Shown here piece by piece: positions 42,499 through 54,132 of a DNA stretch of 64,000 nucleotides; position 1 is the stretch's first letter, and every line of letters begins with the position of its first letter. A model generated the notes under the pieces. It was not told where the DNA came from. It worked only from the letters and a program-made list of their open reading frames with translations, and did no database searches. The DNA comes from Candidatus Latescibacterota bacterium (lineage in GTDB: Bacteria > Latescibacterota > UBA2968). Where the stretch lies: contig OZ240241.1 of the NCBI GenBank assembly GCA_965198115.1, positions 2,304,001-2,368,000 on the forward strand, in the 5' to 3' direction. The position numbers and the translations under genes were made by a program.

Positions 42499-45400
42499 GT
42501 GATGCTCAAAATCTCACTCATCGTGCTCTCTGCCTGTATTGCGTGGCCCTCGTTTTCTCTTGGACAGGAAGTTGACTCCTTGGCCGCGATGGGAACGGTC
42601 CTGCGGGCGGGAGCCGGGACTCGCGTGCGGGCAGGCAGGGGATTTCGAAAACAGGACTTTCACACGTTCAGCGTGTCCGACGGACTCCCCGTCTCGCTGA
42701 TCCTCAGCGGCACCAGAGACTCGGCTGGAAACCTATGGTTCGGAACGCTACTCGAAGGGGCCGTTCGGTTCGACGGAGAATGGTTTACCCAGTACACCTC
42801 GCGGGATGGATTGAGCGGTCTCGAAAGTTCCATCGAGACGATTTATGAGGATCGCGAAGGCAGGATGTGGTTTGGGACACGGGAGCACGGTGTGAGTTGT
42901 TTCGACGGGCATCGGTTTGTAAACGCCACGGTCGACGACGGGCTGCTGAGCAACACTGTTCGGTCGATCCTCCAAGACCGGAACGGGAATCATTGGATCT
43001 GTCACGACAAGGGCGTCAGCCAATTTTATGGCGGCTCCTGGAGAACCTTCACCGTGGAGAACGGTCTCCCGCACGCGTTCATCCGGGACATCCTGGAGAG
43101 GCAGGATGGTCGTTTGCTGGTCGCCACGGGCGACGGGTTGGCGGAATTCGACGGCGAAGAATTCAGGCGAGTGGCTTTCCGTAGCCTTCCCTCCAAGCAA
43201 ATTCGTGTTCTGTTCGAGGACAACGAGCATCGCCTGTGGATTGGAACGAATCGAGGCGTTGCAGTCGCTGATAGCACAGACGTCAAGATCTATGACAGAC
43301 AAGGCGGTCTGGTACACAACCATATCGAAACCATTTCCCAGGATAGCGAGGGGAACATTTGGGTCGGCACCTCCGGAGGCGTAAGTCGGTACGCAGGTGG
43401 AAACCTTCACAACTTTACTGAGAAGGACGGCCTTCCACACGGGGATGTCCTAGCAGTCGTCGAAGACAACGGCGGCGCAATCTGGATCGCAACGGATGGC
43501 GGCGGGATCTGTCGGTACGATGGCAGACGGATTCGCAACTTCACTCAGGAAGCAGAAGGACTGCCGGACCACTGGTTCTGGTGCGCTCTGCAGGCCCGTT
43601 CCGGCAACATCTGGTTCGGGACACGGGAGAGCGGACTTGTCCGATACGATGGGCACCGATTCTCCGTCGTAACCGAACACGATGGTCTGGCTTCAAACGA
43701 CGTCTTCAGACTGCTGGAGGATTCCGACGGGGACCTCTGGATCGCGAACGGCGCAGGTGGTGCATCTTATTTCGGGCTCTATCCGGGTTTCTCAACGGTG
43801 AAACTATAGAATGACAAGGTCATAGATCGTTCCCTACGCTTGGTTGTGTGTGTAGGACAATCAAAGCGAAGGGGGTGCGACCTATGACCGGGAGCAGATT
43901 ACTATCGAAACTGCTGAGATTCAAGGGGTTCCGTGTTGTCAGCTGGTGGTTTGAGGGGAGAAGCTGTTTCGTCATCGCCGTAAAGCCACATAAGAATGGT
44001 TGTTGTTGTCTGGAGTGCGGCCGTCGAGGTAAAATCGTCCGCACAATGCCCCATCCGCGTCGGTGGCGTGACATTCCGGTGTGCGGGTGGAGGGTCTGGC
44101 TTCTCTACCATCCTCGGGAGATTCGGTGTCCTACCCACGGTCGTGTGGTCGAGGAGATTCCGTGGGCGGAGCGGTTGCGCTACTGCCAGACCATGACGCA
44201 GAAGGCGGCGTCCGAGTTACTGCGCATCTCTGCCTCGACGCTGTCGGATCTCCGTCACCGATCCATCACGCGGCTTCGTGAAGGTCATCGTATCCGAGGG
44301 CTCAAAACCATCGGGATCGACGAGATCTCCTACGCCAAGCGTCACAGGTACGCCACGCTCGTTTACGATCTGGACCGCTCCTGCGTGGTGTGGGTTGGCC
44401 GCGGCAGGGCGCGTAAAACGATCGATCGGTTCTTCACAGAGGCTCTCAGTCCCTACCGGAGATCCAAGATCGAGTGGGCCTGCTGCGACATGAGCGAAGC
44501 TTACATCGGAGCCATCCAGGAACACTGTCCGAATGCCAAGCTGGTCCTCGATCGCTTTCACATCGTCAAGGCTCTCAATGCCGCCGTTGACGAGGTCCGT
44601 AAGGACCAGTGGCGTAAAGCTGCCCCGGATGAGCGCAAAGCCATGAAGGGCCTCCGATGGCTCCTCTACCGGCACTCAGCGACACGCTCCAGAGGGGATA
44701 CTCGGACACTCAAAGCACTGGAGAAGGCGAACTACCGAATCTATAGAGCCTGGAGACTCAAGGACGAGTTCGAGCAGTTCTGGGAATACAAAGCGCCCTG
44801 GGCTGCCGAACGCTTCCTGAAATGCTGGACGACGTCCGCACTCAGAAGTCGACTTGAACCCCTGCGAAAGTTCGTCAGGACCCTGCGACAGCACTTCTTC
44901 GGCGTCCTCGCATTCGTGAACACGCGTCTTACCAACGCCATCGCCGAAGGCCTCAACCGAATCGTCCAAATCGTCAAGAACCGAGCCAGCGGATTCCGCA
45001 CACTCGACGCATTCAACGATATGATCTTCCTTACCGTCGGAGACATAAACATCCCTGAGCAGATTCCGAAGAGGTTCCGCACACGCTAACCGCGCCCCCA
45101 TGCCAGGAACCACGGCACCTTCACCCACTTCAGCTCGTTGAGAGATCCGGATATAGCCTTATTTCGACGGTGCGACTTTTCGACCGGTTGAAGGGATCGA
45201 TGTTGCCTGGAGTGTCTGGGAAGATCAAGCCGGGCGTATTCTGTTCGGAGGGCCCGTCGCCGGCAATATCCAGATTCTGGACGGAGATAAGATCTCCGAC
45301 TTTACCGTGATTCCTCAAGCAATTGTTTGGTCGATACTCGAGGATTCAGTGGGACGCGTATGGGTTGGAACGGGTGGAGGTGGCGCCGTTCGATACGATA

Positions 45401-46948
45401 GTGATCGCTTCGAGAGATTCAACCGGATGGCCGAGGATAAGATCAGAACGGGCCGCGCGCTCTTGGAGGATCGCGCTGGAAACGTGTGGATTGGGACACG
45501 CAAAAGGGGTCGTCAGATTCGATGGAAAACGCATCACATCGTACGGTGTCCGCGATGGCCTCGTCGGGAATTGGGTTGAAGATATCGAAGAGGATAGTCG
45601 CGGAAACCTTTGGTTCGCCACGGCGGGAGGTGGCATAAGTCTATTCGATGGACTGGTGTTTCAGAAATTTCAACGCCAGGACGGTCTGGTCAGCGATTTG
45701 GTAACAGGAATAACTGAAGATCGGAGGGGAAACATCTGGATTACGACTGGGGGTGGCATCACAAGATACAGGCCTTCCACTGGAGCACCTGGCATCGCGT
45801 TGACCGATGTGATCTCGGACAGGAGATACGGTCCAGTTACAGAATTGAACCTGCCGGTAACCCAGACCTATCTGGCCTTCGAGTTCAGTGGGAGAAGTCT
45901 GTCGATGCATTGGGAGGCGATCGCCTACGTTTACCAACTGGAGGGCGCAGACGAGAAGTGGAAGACCACGCGTTTGCAAAGAGTCGAGTACTCAGATCTG
46001 CCAGAGGGGCAATATACGTTCAAAGTTAAGGCCGTGGACCGTGACCTCAACTACTCGGAGATTCCGGCCACCGTGAGTATTTCGATCCGCCCTTCCTACG
46101 AGCAGATTGCCTGGAAGGGTGGTCTGGCGGTTGTAGGACTTGGTCTGATTCTCACGGCCCTCTACGGATACCGGAAGCAGAGAGAGCTTCGCCGCATCGA
46201 ACTGCTCCGAGTCGAACAGATGGAACAGGAACTTCAGACCGCCCACGATATGCAGATGAGTTTGATGCCCAAAGAACGTCCCACGCTTGCCGGCTTCAGC
46301 GTGGCTGGCGTCTGTGTTCCTGCGAGCCACGTCGGCGGAGATTTCTGGCAGTATTTCCTGAAAGAGGACAAGCTGGCCGTCTGCCTCGCAGATGTAACCG
46401 GCAAGGCGATGGAGGCCGCCATTCCAGTGGTCATGTTTTCCGGCATCCTCGAAAGTGAAATACAACACGGGATCGACCCTCGATCCCTTTTCTCTCGCCT
46501 GAATCGAACGCTATCAGGGACACTCGATAGTCGCACGTTCGTGTGCTTTGCGATGGGTGAGATCGATCTCTCAACCCGAGTTCTGCGCCTGTGCAATGCC
46601 GCTTGTCCTTATCCCTATCACTATAACGCCCAAGAGGACGAGATTCGCGAAATTCAAGCAGATTCCTACCCTCTTGGTATTCGTTCGGACACAGCTTACG
46701 ACACGGTAGAAGTTCAGCTTCAGGGATCGGACTATTTGGTCTTCGTGTCGGACGGGATCACCGAAACCGAAAACGCCGATGGTGAGATCTTTGGTTACGA
46801 CCGTACCACGGCCAGCATTCTGGAGGTGTGCCGGACAGGATCAACACCTGAGACGGTCATCGAAGGAATCCTCGAGGATGTGAACGCCTTCAAGGGAAGC
46901 GCGATCCATAGTGACGATATGACCTGCGTTGTTCTGAAAACAGAATGA
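42499..46948 (+). pseudogene. Two-component-regulator beta-propeller + Y_Y_Y + TM + SpoIIE/PP2C phosphatase, split by ISL3 and frameshift ~45505
   Basis: Many D..G.LW.GT..G repeats; YVYQLEG..LPEGQYTFKVKA; GGDF, LADVTGK, SDGITE, DDMT. Confidence 0.87.
43775..45158 (+). mobile_element. ISL3 copy with 36-bp in-frame deletion (transposase 43848..45089)
   Basis: Exact 8-bp TSD TTATTTCG; lacks FSRVTYRFEYAM. Confidence 0.93.
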
Positions 46949-46984
46949 GAGCCTGTATTCTGCCGCCGCTGGGGCACCAATCTT

Positions 46985-47325
46985 GAGGATGGTAGAGAAG
47001 CCAGACCCTCCACCCGCACACCGGAATGTCACGCCACCGACGCGGATGGGGCATTGTGCGGACGATTTTACCTCGACGGCCGCACTCCGGACAACAACAA
47101 CCATTCTTATGTGGCTTTACGGCGATGACGAAACAGCTTCTCCCCTCAAACCACCAGCTGACAACACGGAACCCCTTGAATCTCAGCAGTTTCGATAGTA
47201 ATCTGCTCCCGGTCATAGGTCGCACCCCCTTCGCTTTGATTGTCCTACACACACAACCAAGCGTAGGGAACGATCTATGACCTTGTCATTCTATAGTTTC
47301 ACCGTTGAGAAACCCGGATAGAGCC
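46985..47325 (-). mobile_element. ISL3 left-end fragment
   Basis: IRL plus ~340 bp; homology ends after WLLYHP. Confidence 0.9.
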
Positions 47326-48025
47326 TGTTAAAATGGATGATTGTGAAATCTCCTGCCTCGGCCACCGCGTCGAACGTCGTCCCGCTCCCCATCCCGCTCG
47401 TCGTCACGAGCAGATCGGGCCCTGCTTCCTTTGTCACGCCGATCAGCTCCACCTGACCCTCGTTTGACCGCAACCACTCCCCTTCCTGCCAGTTCGCGTA
47501 GCCCGCGTGCGCAAACTCGTTCGCGATCTCCATCGCCACGTGCGTGTAGCCTTGTGTCACCACCCATCCAGTCGCGTTCTCAACCGCCGTTCGCAACGTC
47601 TGCCGATCGCCGAGCGCTCGCGGGTAACTGTGCTGTCGCTGGTAGAAACAGCTCAGGATGATCGCACAGCCGTTGTCGTCCGCAGCCTCGATCACTCGTG
47701 CAATCCGGTCAAGGTAGCCGTTTCGCAGCGACCCATCCGCATTGAAAGCAGAATTGACCGCCCCTTCGTAGTTCGGCGCTCCCCCCTGCAAGCTGATCGT
47801 GAAAGCCCGAACCCCGTGCGCCGCGTACTCCGGAATCCGGGCAACAAACCGGTCCGTGTTCGCCTCCGGATCGAATCCTGCCATCACATCCGGCACATCC
47901 CCGCGATCGTCCTCGAACACGCAATTCACCATCCGCACGTTCGTCAGCAGACCCTCCGCCGGACTTCCCGGATGGATTACCTCCCCATCGAACAGCCAGT
48001 TCATCCCGTCGATCGATATCCGCAT
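47326..48025 (-). pseudogene. Conserved hypothetical TIM-barrel/glycoside hydrolase-like gene truncated by ISL3
   Basis: GLLTNVRMVN, AFTISLQGG, EIANE; ends in the IS-derived peptide. Confidence 0.65.
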
Positions 48026-48057
48026 TGCAGATTCTTTCTACTTGGTGAGTCGTGATT

Positions 48058-48218
48058 ACCCACACTTCGACTCCGCTCAGTGTGACGGTGTGTTTTGGAC
48101 AGTCAACGGTAAAAGCATGGTTCTCGGGCGACCTTATCGGAGCCATCTCTGCCCAAGAATCCTGTACAGTTGTTCATCGAAGGGCCGTTCGGAGCCTGTC
48201 CTGAGCCCAGTCGAAGGG
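48058..48218. repeat. REP-like unit (48058..48089) and free 27/28-bp unit GGAGCCTGTCCTGAGCCCAGTCGAAGGG (48191..48218)
   Basis: Homologous to other copies in the window. Confidence 0.65.
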
Positions 48219-48278
48219 TGTTCTCTGTGTGCTCAGTGGTAGGCTTCGGGCCCCTCTCGTGCTACATTGGGGCCACCT

Positions 48279-49865
48279 ATGATCACCCTCATCCACTCCG
48301 GACGCATCATCGACGGTACCGGCAATCCGTGGTATCACGGCGACGTCCTCCTCGACGATGGCCGCATCGCCGCCATCGAACCGCTCGGCAAGATACCGCA
48401 CACATCCGTCGATGACGTCATCGACGCGACCGGCCACGTCGTCTGCCCCGGCTTCATCGATATCCAGAGCCACTCGATCGTCCCCCTGATGCGGGATGGG
48501 CGATGCCTGTCGAAGATCACGCAGGGCATCACGACAGAGATTATGGGCGAAGCCTGGACGCCTGCACCGGTCGGCGCTGACTCCGCGCTCTCGAGCCGGA
48601 TCCCTGAGGACTGGAGGGACAGGGCCCGTAGCTGGACACGGTTCGGCGATTGGCTCGACGCGATGGTCAAGGCGGGCGTCTCGCCTAACGTAGGTTCCTT
48701 CCTCGGCGGCGGCACGTTGCGTTCTCTCGCGATGGGAATGCGAATGGACGAGCCAACCGATGGAGAGTTGAGCACGATGCGTCGGGTGATGGCCGAATCG
48801 ATGGAAGACGGCGCCTTCGGACCGTCCTACGCCCTTATCTATCCGCCCGACACTTACACCAACACAGACGAAATCGTCGAAATCTGCAAGGTCGCATCGG
48901 AGTCCGGCGGTGTTTACATCACCCATATGCGGTCGGAGGCGGACGAAATCTTAGAAGCGCTCCATGAAGCGATCGAGATCGGTAAACGGGCCGACCTGCC
49001 CGTCGAGATATACCACCTCAAAGCCGTCGGCGAGAGCAACTACGGCAAGATACATCAAGTCATAGAACGGATCGAGACGGCGCGTGCGGATGGCTAGGAC
49101 GTCACGGCCGATATGTATCCCTATCCCGCCAGCGGGACCGGACTCGCCACCGTGTTGCCCACCTGGGTGTCCGCGGACGGCAAGTTTTTCGACAACCTCA
49201 GCGATCCCGAAGTGCGCGAAAAGATCGTCACCGAGACCCGTGACGTGGTCGGCGAAATCCCCCGACGCCCCGACCAGATCGCCCCCGTTGCATTCAAGAA
49301 ACCGGAGAACCAGCAGTACATCGGGAAACGACTCGACGAAATCGCCAAGATGCGCGGTCAGGATTGGGTCAATGCAACCATCGATCTGCTACTCTCCGAA
49401 CACGACCGCATCTTCACCATCTACCACACGATGTCCGAAGACAACGTGCGGCTGCAGCTTCAACTCCCGTGGGTCAAGATCTCGACCGACGCAGGCGGTG
49501 TGGATCCGAAATGGGCAAAAGCGGAAGGTCCCCTTCATCCACGCGCCTACGGAACCTACCCTCGCGTCCTGGGTCATTATACGCGCGACGAGGAACTGAT
49601 GTCCCTCGAGGAATGCATACGGAAGATGACATCTTCCGTCGCGAACCGCCTGTCCCTCTGGGATCGCGGTCGACTTCAGCCCGGCTGTTGGGCCGACGTG
49701 CTTATCCTCGATCCCGACACCGTCATCGACCGGGCCACCTTCCAGGACACGCACGAGCTCTCCGTCGGCATTCGCGACGTCTTCGTCAACGGCACTCGCG
49801 TCCTCAACGATGGCGAACACACAGGCGCCACCCCCGGAACGTTCCTGAAGGGCCCAGGCGCTTGA
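48279..49865 (+). pseudogene. N-acyl-D-amino-acid deacylase with in-frame TAG at 49095
   Basis: [48 protein letters not shown]. Confidence 0.87.
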
Positions 49866-49895
49866 GCAGATCTTTCGCAATGGGGACTTGCAGGG

Positions 49896-49944
49896 GTCAC
49901 TTCGAGCACCTCGACTTCGCTCGGCACAGGCACCGTCAGAAATC
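49896..49944. repeat. REP with nested 27-bp unit (49908..49934)
   Basis: GTCACTTCGAGC[ACCTCGACTTCGCTCGGCACAGGCACC]GTCAGAA versus empty copy GTCACTTCGAGCGGAGTCGAGAA at ~51048. Confidence 0.65.
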
Positions 49945-49970
49945 ACTGATAGAAAGGCCAACTTACTGAG

Positions 49971-51020
49971 ATGAGACGCGTTACTCGTACAGGCGGTCCC
50001 CTCGTTGAGGGTCTGGCGAGGCCAGGCGGTCACTCGCATACCCAGTCCTTCCTCACCCAGAAGTACTTCGAGTTAGAACGACGGCTCGCCTACCCTCAGA
50101 CTAAAAAGAAAGAAGCCTGGCAACAGTGGCGACGGAAACTTCGTCACGCGTTGAAGAAAACATTGTGTCTCGACAAGCTGGGCCCTATACCAAATCCTCG
50201 ACCGACCGTGACTGAAACGGTCCAGTGCAAGGGTTACCAAAGACAAAAAATCACCTACGAAACGCTCCCTGGTAACCGTGTCTCCGCGTATCTTCTCCTT
50301 CCTGAATCGCCAGCTCCACACCCCGCCGTCATCTGTCCACACGGCCACGTGACAGGCGCAAAGGACAACGTCGTCGGTCTGACCGATCCTCTGGGCGTTG
50401 CCTACGCACACGAACTCGCGTTGCGAGGCGTGGTCACGCTGGCGCCGGACAACGCGTTCATGGGAGAGCGAGACCGGGGGGACGAACGCAACGGCAATCG
50501 CGTCTCTGGATGCTCGACTGGGTGGGCTCGTCTGAACCAGATGGGGCTCGATCTCACCGGTTTTCGCATCTTCGACCTGATCGCCGGGCTGAATCTCCTA
50601 TGCGATCACCCTGGTGTGGACGCTCGCCACATCGGGTGCGCCGGCCTTTCCGGCGGATGCTGGCTTTCGCAGGTTCTGACCGCGTTGGACCGTCGGATCA
50701 AGGGCGTCATCCTGAGCGGATTCTTCACGACCTTCGTCCAGACGACGTGGCACGAGCACTGTGTATGCCATCATCCCTTCGGCATCGGCCTGTTCTGCGA
50801 TATGCCGGACCTGTCCGCGCTCATCGCACCGCGTCCTCAGTTCGTCGAGTCCGGTATCTCCGATAAACCGTATCCCCACGAGCCGGCCTATTCGATGGTG
50901 AAGAAAGCTTACGTCCTGAACGGCGCCCCAGATCACCTACAGCTCCATCGATACCGAGGCGGTCATATGTTCAACGGCAAGAAATCCATCCCCTGGCTTG
51001 TCGAACAATTGAGTCAGTAG
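49971..51020 (+). CDS. Alpha/beta hydrolase (dienelactone hydrolase/acetylxylan esterase-like)
   Basis: AVICPHGH, GLSGG nucleophile elbow, ALIAPRP, GGH. Confidence 0.85.
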   Translation: MRRVTRTGGPLVEGLARPGGHSHTQSFLTQKYFELERRLAYPQTKKKEAWQQWRRKLRHALKKTLCLDKLGPIPNPRPTVTETVQCKGYQRQKITYETLPGNRVSAYLLLPESPAPHPAVICPHGHVTGAKDNVVGLTDPLGVAYAHELALRGVVTLAPDNAFMGERDRGDERNGNRVSGCSTGWARLNQMGLDLTGFRIFDLIAGLNLLCDHPGVDARHIGCAGLSGGCWLSQVLTALDRRIKGVILSGFFTTFVQTTWHEHCVCHHPFGIGLFCDMPDLSALIAPRPQFVESGISDKPYPHEPAYSMVKKAYVLNGAPDHLQLHRYRGGHMFNGKKSIPWLVEQLSQ

Positions 51021-51089
51021 TTACCCTTCACAGAAAGAGAGCACGGGGTCACTTCGAGCGGAGTCGAGAAGTCCCCCTTGGAGCGGAAG

Positions 51090-51938
51090 ATGCCCAAACA
51101 ACGAACGATGAAAACACGCGTGGGTGCGGTCCAACTCATCTCGAACGAGCAAGACGTCGATGGCAACATCGAGCGATCACTCGCCTACTGCGATCGAGCC
51201 GCGCATCGTGGCGTGCAAATCCTCTGTTTTCCGGAAGGAGCCAGCACCGGCTTCGATTGGGTCAGGGGCGAAAGAGTGTCCGATTGTCCTTACGCCGAAC
51301 CCGTCCCAGGCCCGATCATGAAGAGGTTCGAGGCAAAGGCTGCCGAAACAGGGATGTACATCATCTACGGTGTCGCCGAGCGCCCGAAGGGATCCAGGAA
51401 GATTTACAACACGGCCTTTCTTGTCGGCCCGAAGGAGGGTTATCTGGGAAGACATCGAAAGGTCTTTTCCGAGAAAGTTTTCGGAAACGGTACCGACGCA
51501 AATGTCTTCGACACGCGTTATGGCAGAATCGGCATCTTCATCTGCGCCGATATGCGATCCCCCGAATTATCGCGCCTTCTCGTCCTCAAGGGTGCCCACA
51601 TCCTCTTCCAACCGACCAACTACTTTCATCCCGACGGCGTCGACATCGCCAACCGCTACCGCGGCAAGTGCACGGCTCAGAGATCCCGCGCGATGGACAA
51701 CGGCGTCCACCTGGTCATCGCCAACGCCGGACGCACCGAATACGTCAACAACAGCCGCATCATCGCGCCCGGCGGACAGGGCCCTGAGCCCAAGCTCGCC
51801 TACGCCACGCACCACGAGCAGCTCCTCGTCGCCGACATCACCTACAATCTCCGGGACAACAAAGCCCGCACCGCCGCAAAGCGCGCTCCCTGGCTCTTCA
51901 GGGAACTCGCTGGAGAAATGCGTCGCGCCGCTCGTTGA
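51090..51938 (+). CDS. Carbon-nitrogen hydrolase (nitrilase family)
   Basis: FPE, YNT, HRK, ICAD (E-K-C triad). Confidence 0.88.
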   Translation: MPKQRTMKTRVGAVQLISNEQDVDGNIERSLAYCDRAAHRGVQILCFPEGASTGFDWVRGERVSDCPYAEPVPGPIMKRFEAKAAETGMYIIYGVAERPKGSRKIYNTAFLVGPKEGYLGRHRKVFSEKVFGNGTDANVFDTRYGRIGIFICADMRSPELSRLLVLKGAHILFQPTNYFHPDGVDIANRYRGKCTAQRSRAMDNGVHLVIANAGRTEYVNNSRIIAPGGQGPEPKLAYATHHEQLLVADITYNLRDNKARTAAKRAPWLFRELAGEMRRAAR

Positions 51939-52025
51939 TATGAGATTCCCTGTAGGTAAATACGATACGATTGCCACGCCTGCTCTCCCCGTCGCCCGCT
52001 CGCCCCGTCCCCCGTTCAGCCTTTC

Positions 52026-53948
52026 ATGACTAAACGCTCTTTCGCCATCGGCCTCTTCCTCTCCGTCCTAGCCGCCGTCTGGCCAGCCTGGTCGGAATAC
52101 ATCATCCACTCCTCCCGCGCCGACTACGGTCACCTGTCCGCGGCAATCCTGATCCCGTTTCTGGCTCTGATCGCGATCAACAGTCGTTTTACCAGGATGG
52201 GTGGTGGCCTGAATGCATCCGAGCTCATCGTCATCGTCGCGATGGGAATGATTGCATCCATCGCGCAGGGCGAGTGGGTCATCGGATATCTTTTCAGCAC
52301 CATCACCTCGCCCACCTATTTCGCGACCGTCGAAAACGGGTGGGAAGAAACCCTCCTTTCTACGGTCCCTCAGTGGTCCATCATCGCCGATAAGGCGGTA
52401 GCTACCGGCTTTTACGAGAGTCTCCCCTACGGCGCCGACTTTCCCTGGGCAGCCTGGGGGCCACCTTTGCTGTGGTGGGGTGGGTTCTTCGTCGCCTTCT
52501 TCCTCGCCAATCTCTGCGTCGTCGTCATTTTCCGCCGTCAGTGGACAGACTACGAGCGCCTCCCCTTTCCCATCGCCGCGGGTCTCCTCGAAATCACCGG
52601 TCAAGGCGAGGAACGTGGGACGCTCACCATCCTCGCCAGGAATCGCCTGTTCTGGATCGGGTTCGGCATCCTCTTCTTCATCTTTGGTTGGGACCAGGTC
52701 GCCTGGTTCAGCGAGTTGATGCCCGAGTTCGAACCTCAGCGCGATCGCCAGATTAACCTCATGCGAGATTTTCCTTTCCTTCGCTTCAGCCCGAACCCGA
52801 TGGCGATGACCTTCTGCTGGTTCGTCAAATCGGAAGTCCTCTTCAGCATATGGGTCTTCCATCTGTTGATGGTTCTACAGGTAGGCGTAATGAACCGGCT
52901 GGGATACGAGATGGGCTCGCCAGAACCCCTCACCTCATTCAATCCCGCGATCGGATGGCAAAGCTTCGGGGGTCTGCTCGTCTTCGTCCTGTGGGGGCTA
53001 TGGGTCGCTCGACACCATCTAGCCGCTGTATTGCGACAGGCATTCCTGAACAGGAAAGAAATCGATGACTCGACCGAACTGATGTCCTACCGCAGTGCCG
53101 TCTTCCTCTTCCTGGCGTGTGGGGGATTCTCGGGAGCATTCTTGTGGCGCTGTGGGCTCTCCCTCGGTCCGCTCCTCCTCTTCTGGCTGACGACGATGGT
53201 CCTCTATCTCGGGTTCGCACGCATCATTGTCGAAACGGGACTCGTCTTTCTTCGGGTCCCCATTTCCGGACACGACGCCGCTTGGAACCTCTTCGGCATC
53301 CAGGGAATCGACCCGGCAAGCGCGGTGGCGCTCAGTCTGGCCTACAGCTTCTTCGCCGACGGTAAGACACTGTTTATCACGACCGCTGCCCACATTCCGC
53401 GCCTTGGGGTGTCCCTCGACCGAAAGGGCCGACGGCGTTTACCCGGAGCCGTAACCCTTGCTCTCGTCGCCGGCCTGATCGCGGTGGGCGCCTTCACCAT
53501 CTACCACGGAAACTACGGGGTGGGTACGCTGAACTTTGCAAGCCCCAGCTACAACGGAGGTAACGCGAGCTTCATTTGGGGTCTCCACGCGAGTCGCATC
53601 AGAGCCGCCAGTCTGGAAGCAGATTGGACACGACTCGTCTGGCTACTGGTCGGCGCCATCTTCACGGTGTGTCTCTACAGCATTCGCTACCGCTTCCCCC
53701 GGTTTGGACTGCACCCGATCGGTTTCGCCATCTCCGGATCGGACATCCTCCGGACCGGATTCACTTCTGTTTTGCTCGTTTGGTTGGCCAAGGACCTCGT
53801 CTTCCGATTCGGCGGCCTGGATCGCTACAGACGCACCACACCCTTCGTGATGGGCGGATTCATCGGCTACCTCACCGCCGTCGCCACTGGGATCATCGTC
53901 GACGCGATTTGGTATCCGGGCAAAGGCCACCAGCTCCACGGCTGGTAG
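52026..53948 (+). CDS. DUF6785/DUF6784-like multi-pass membrane protein, copy 1 (640 aa)
   Basis: YFATVENGW, RRQW.DYERLPFP, ARIIVETG, HPIGF; many TM segments. Confidence 0.8.
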   Translation: MTKRSFAIGLFLSVLAAVWPAWSEYIIHSSRADYGHLSAAILIPFLALIAINSRFTRMGGGLNASELIVIVAMGMIASIAQGEWVIGYLFSTITSPTYFATVENGWEETLLSTVPQWSIIADKAVATGFYESLPYGADFPWAAWGPPLLWWGGFFVAFFLANLCVVVIFRRQWTDYERLPFPIAAGLLEITGQGEERGTLTILARNRLFWIGFGILFFIFGWDQVAWFSELMPEFEPQRDRQINLMRDFPFLRFSPNPMAMTFCWFVKSEVLFSIWVFHLLMVLQVGVMNRLGYEMGSPEPLTSFNPAIGWQSFGGLLVFVLWGLWVARHHLAAVLRQAFLNRKEIDDSTELMSYRSAVFLFLACGGFSGAFLWRCGLSLGPLLLFWLTTMVLYLGFARIIVETGLVFLRVPISGHDAAWNLFGIQGIDPASAVALSLAYSFFADGKTLFITTAAHIPRLGVSLDRKGRRRLPGAVTLALVAGLIAVGAFTIYHGNYGVGTLNFASPSYNGGNASFIWGLHASRIRAASLEADWTRLVWLLVGAIFTVCLYSIRYRFPRFGLHPIGFAISGSDILRTGFTSVLLVWLAKDLVFRFGGLDRYRRTTPFVMGGFIGYLTAVATGIIVDAIWYPGKGHQLHGW

Positions 53949-54132
53949 ATTCTCAGCGTGTCCCGCATCTCACCGAATTGCACAGGACGATCGTGGACAC
54001 ACATTACTCTGGCCTACAGATGATCCACGTCGCAAACCAAATGAGACAGTGTCTCAGCCAAAGCCAGCGCGTGTCCCTTGCCACGCCTGCTCCCCCCGTC
54101 TCCCGCTCGCCCCATCCCTCGCTCGGCTTTTC

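Noticed and set aside
43775-47325. Composite transposon formed by inverted ISL3 copies around the PP2C half
   Set aside because: Copy 3 has its own exact TSD and the gene is continuous across it, so these are independent insertions
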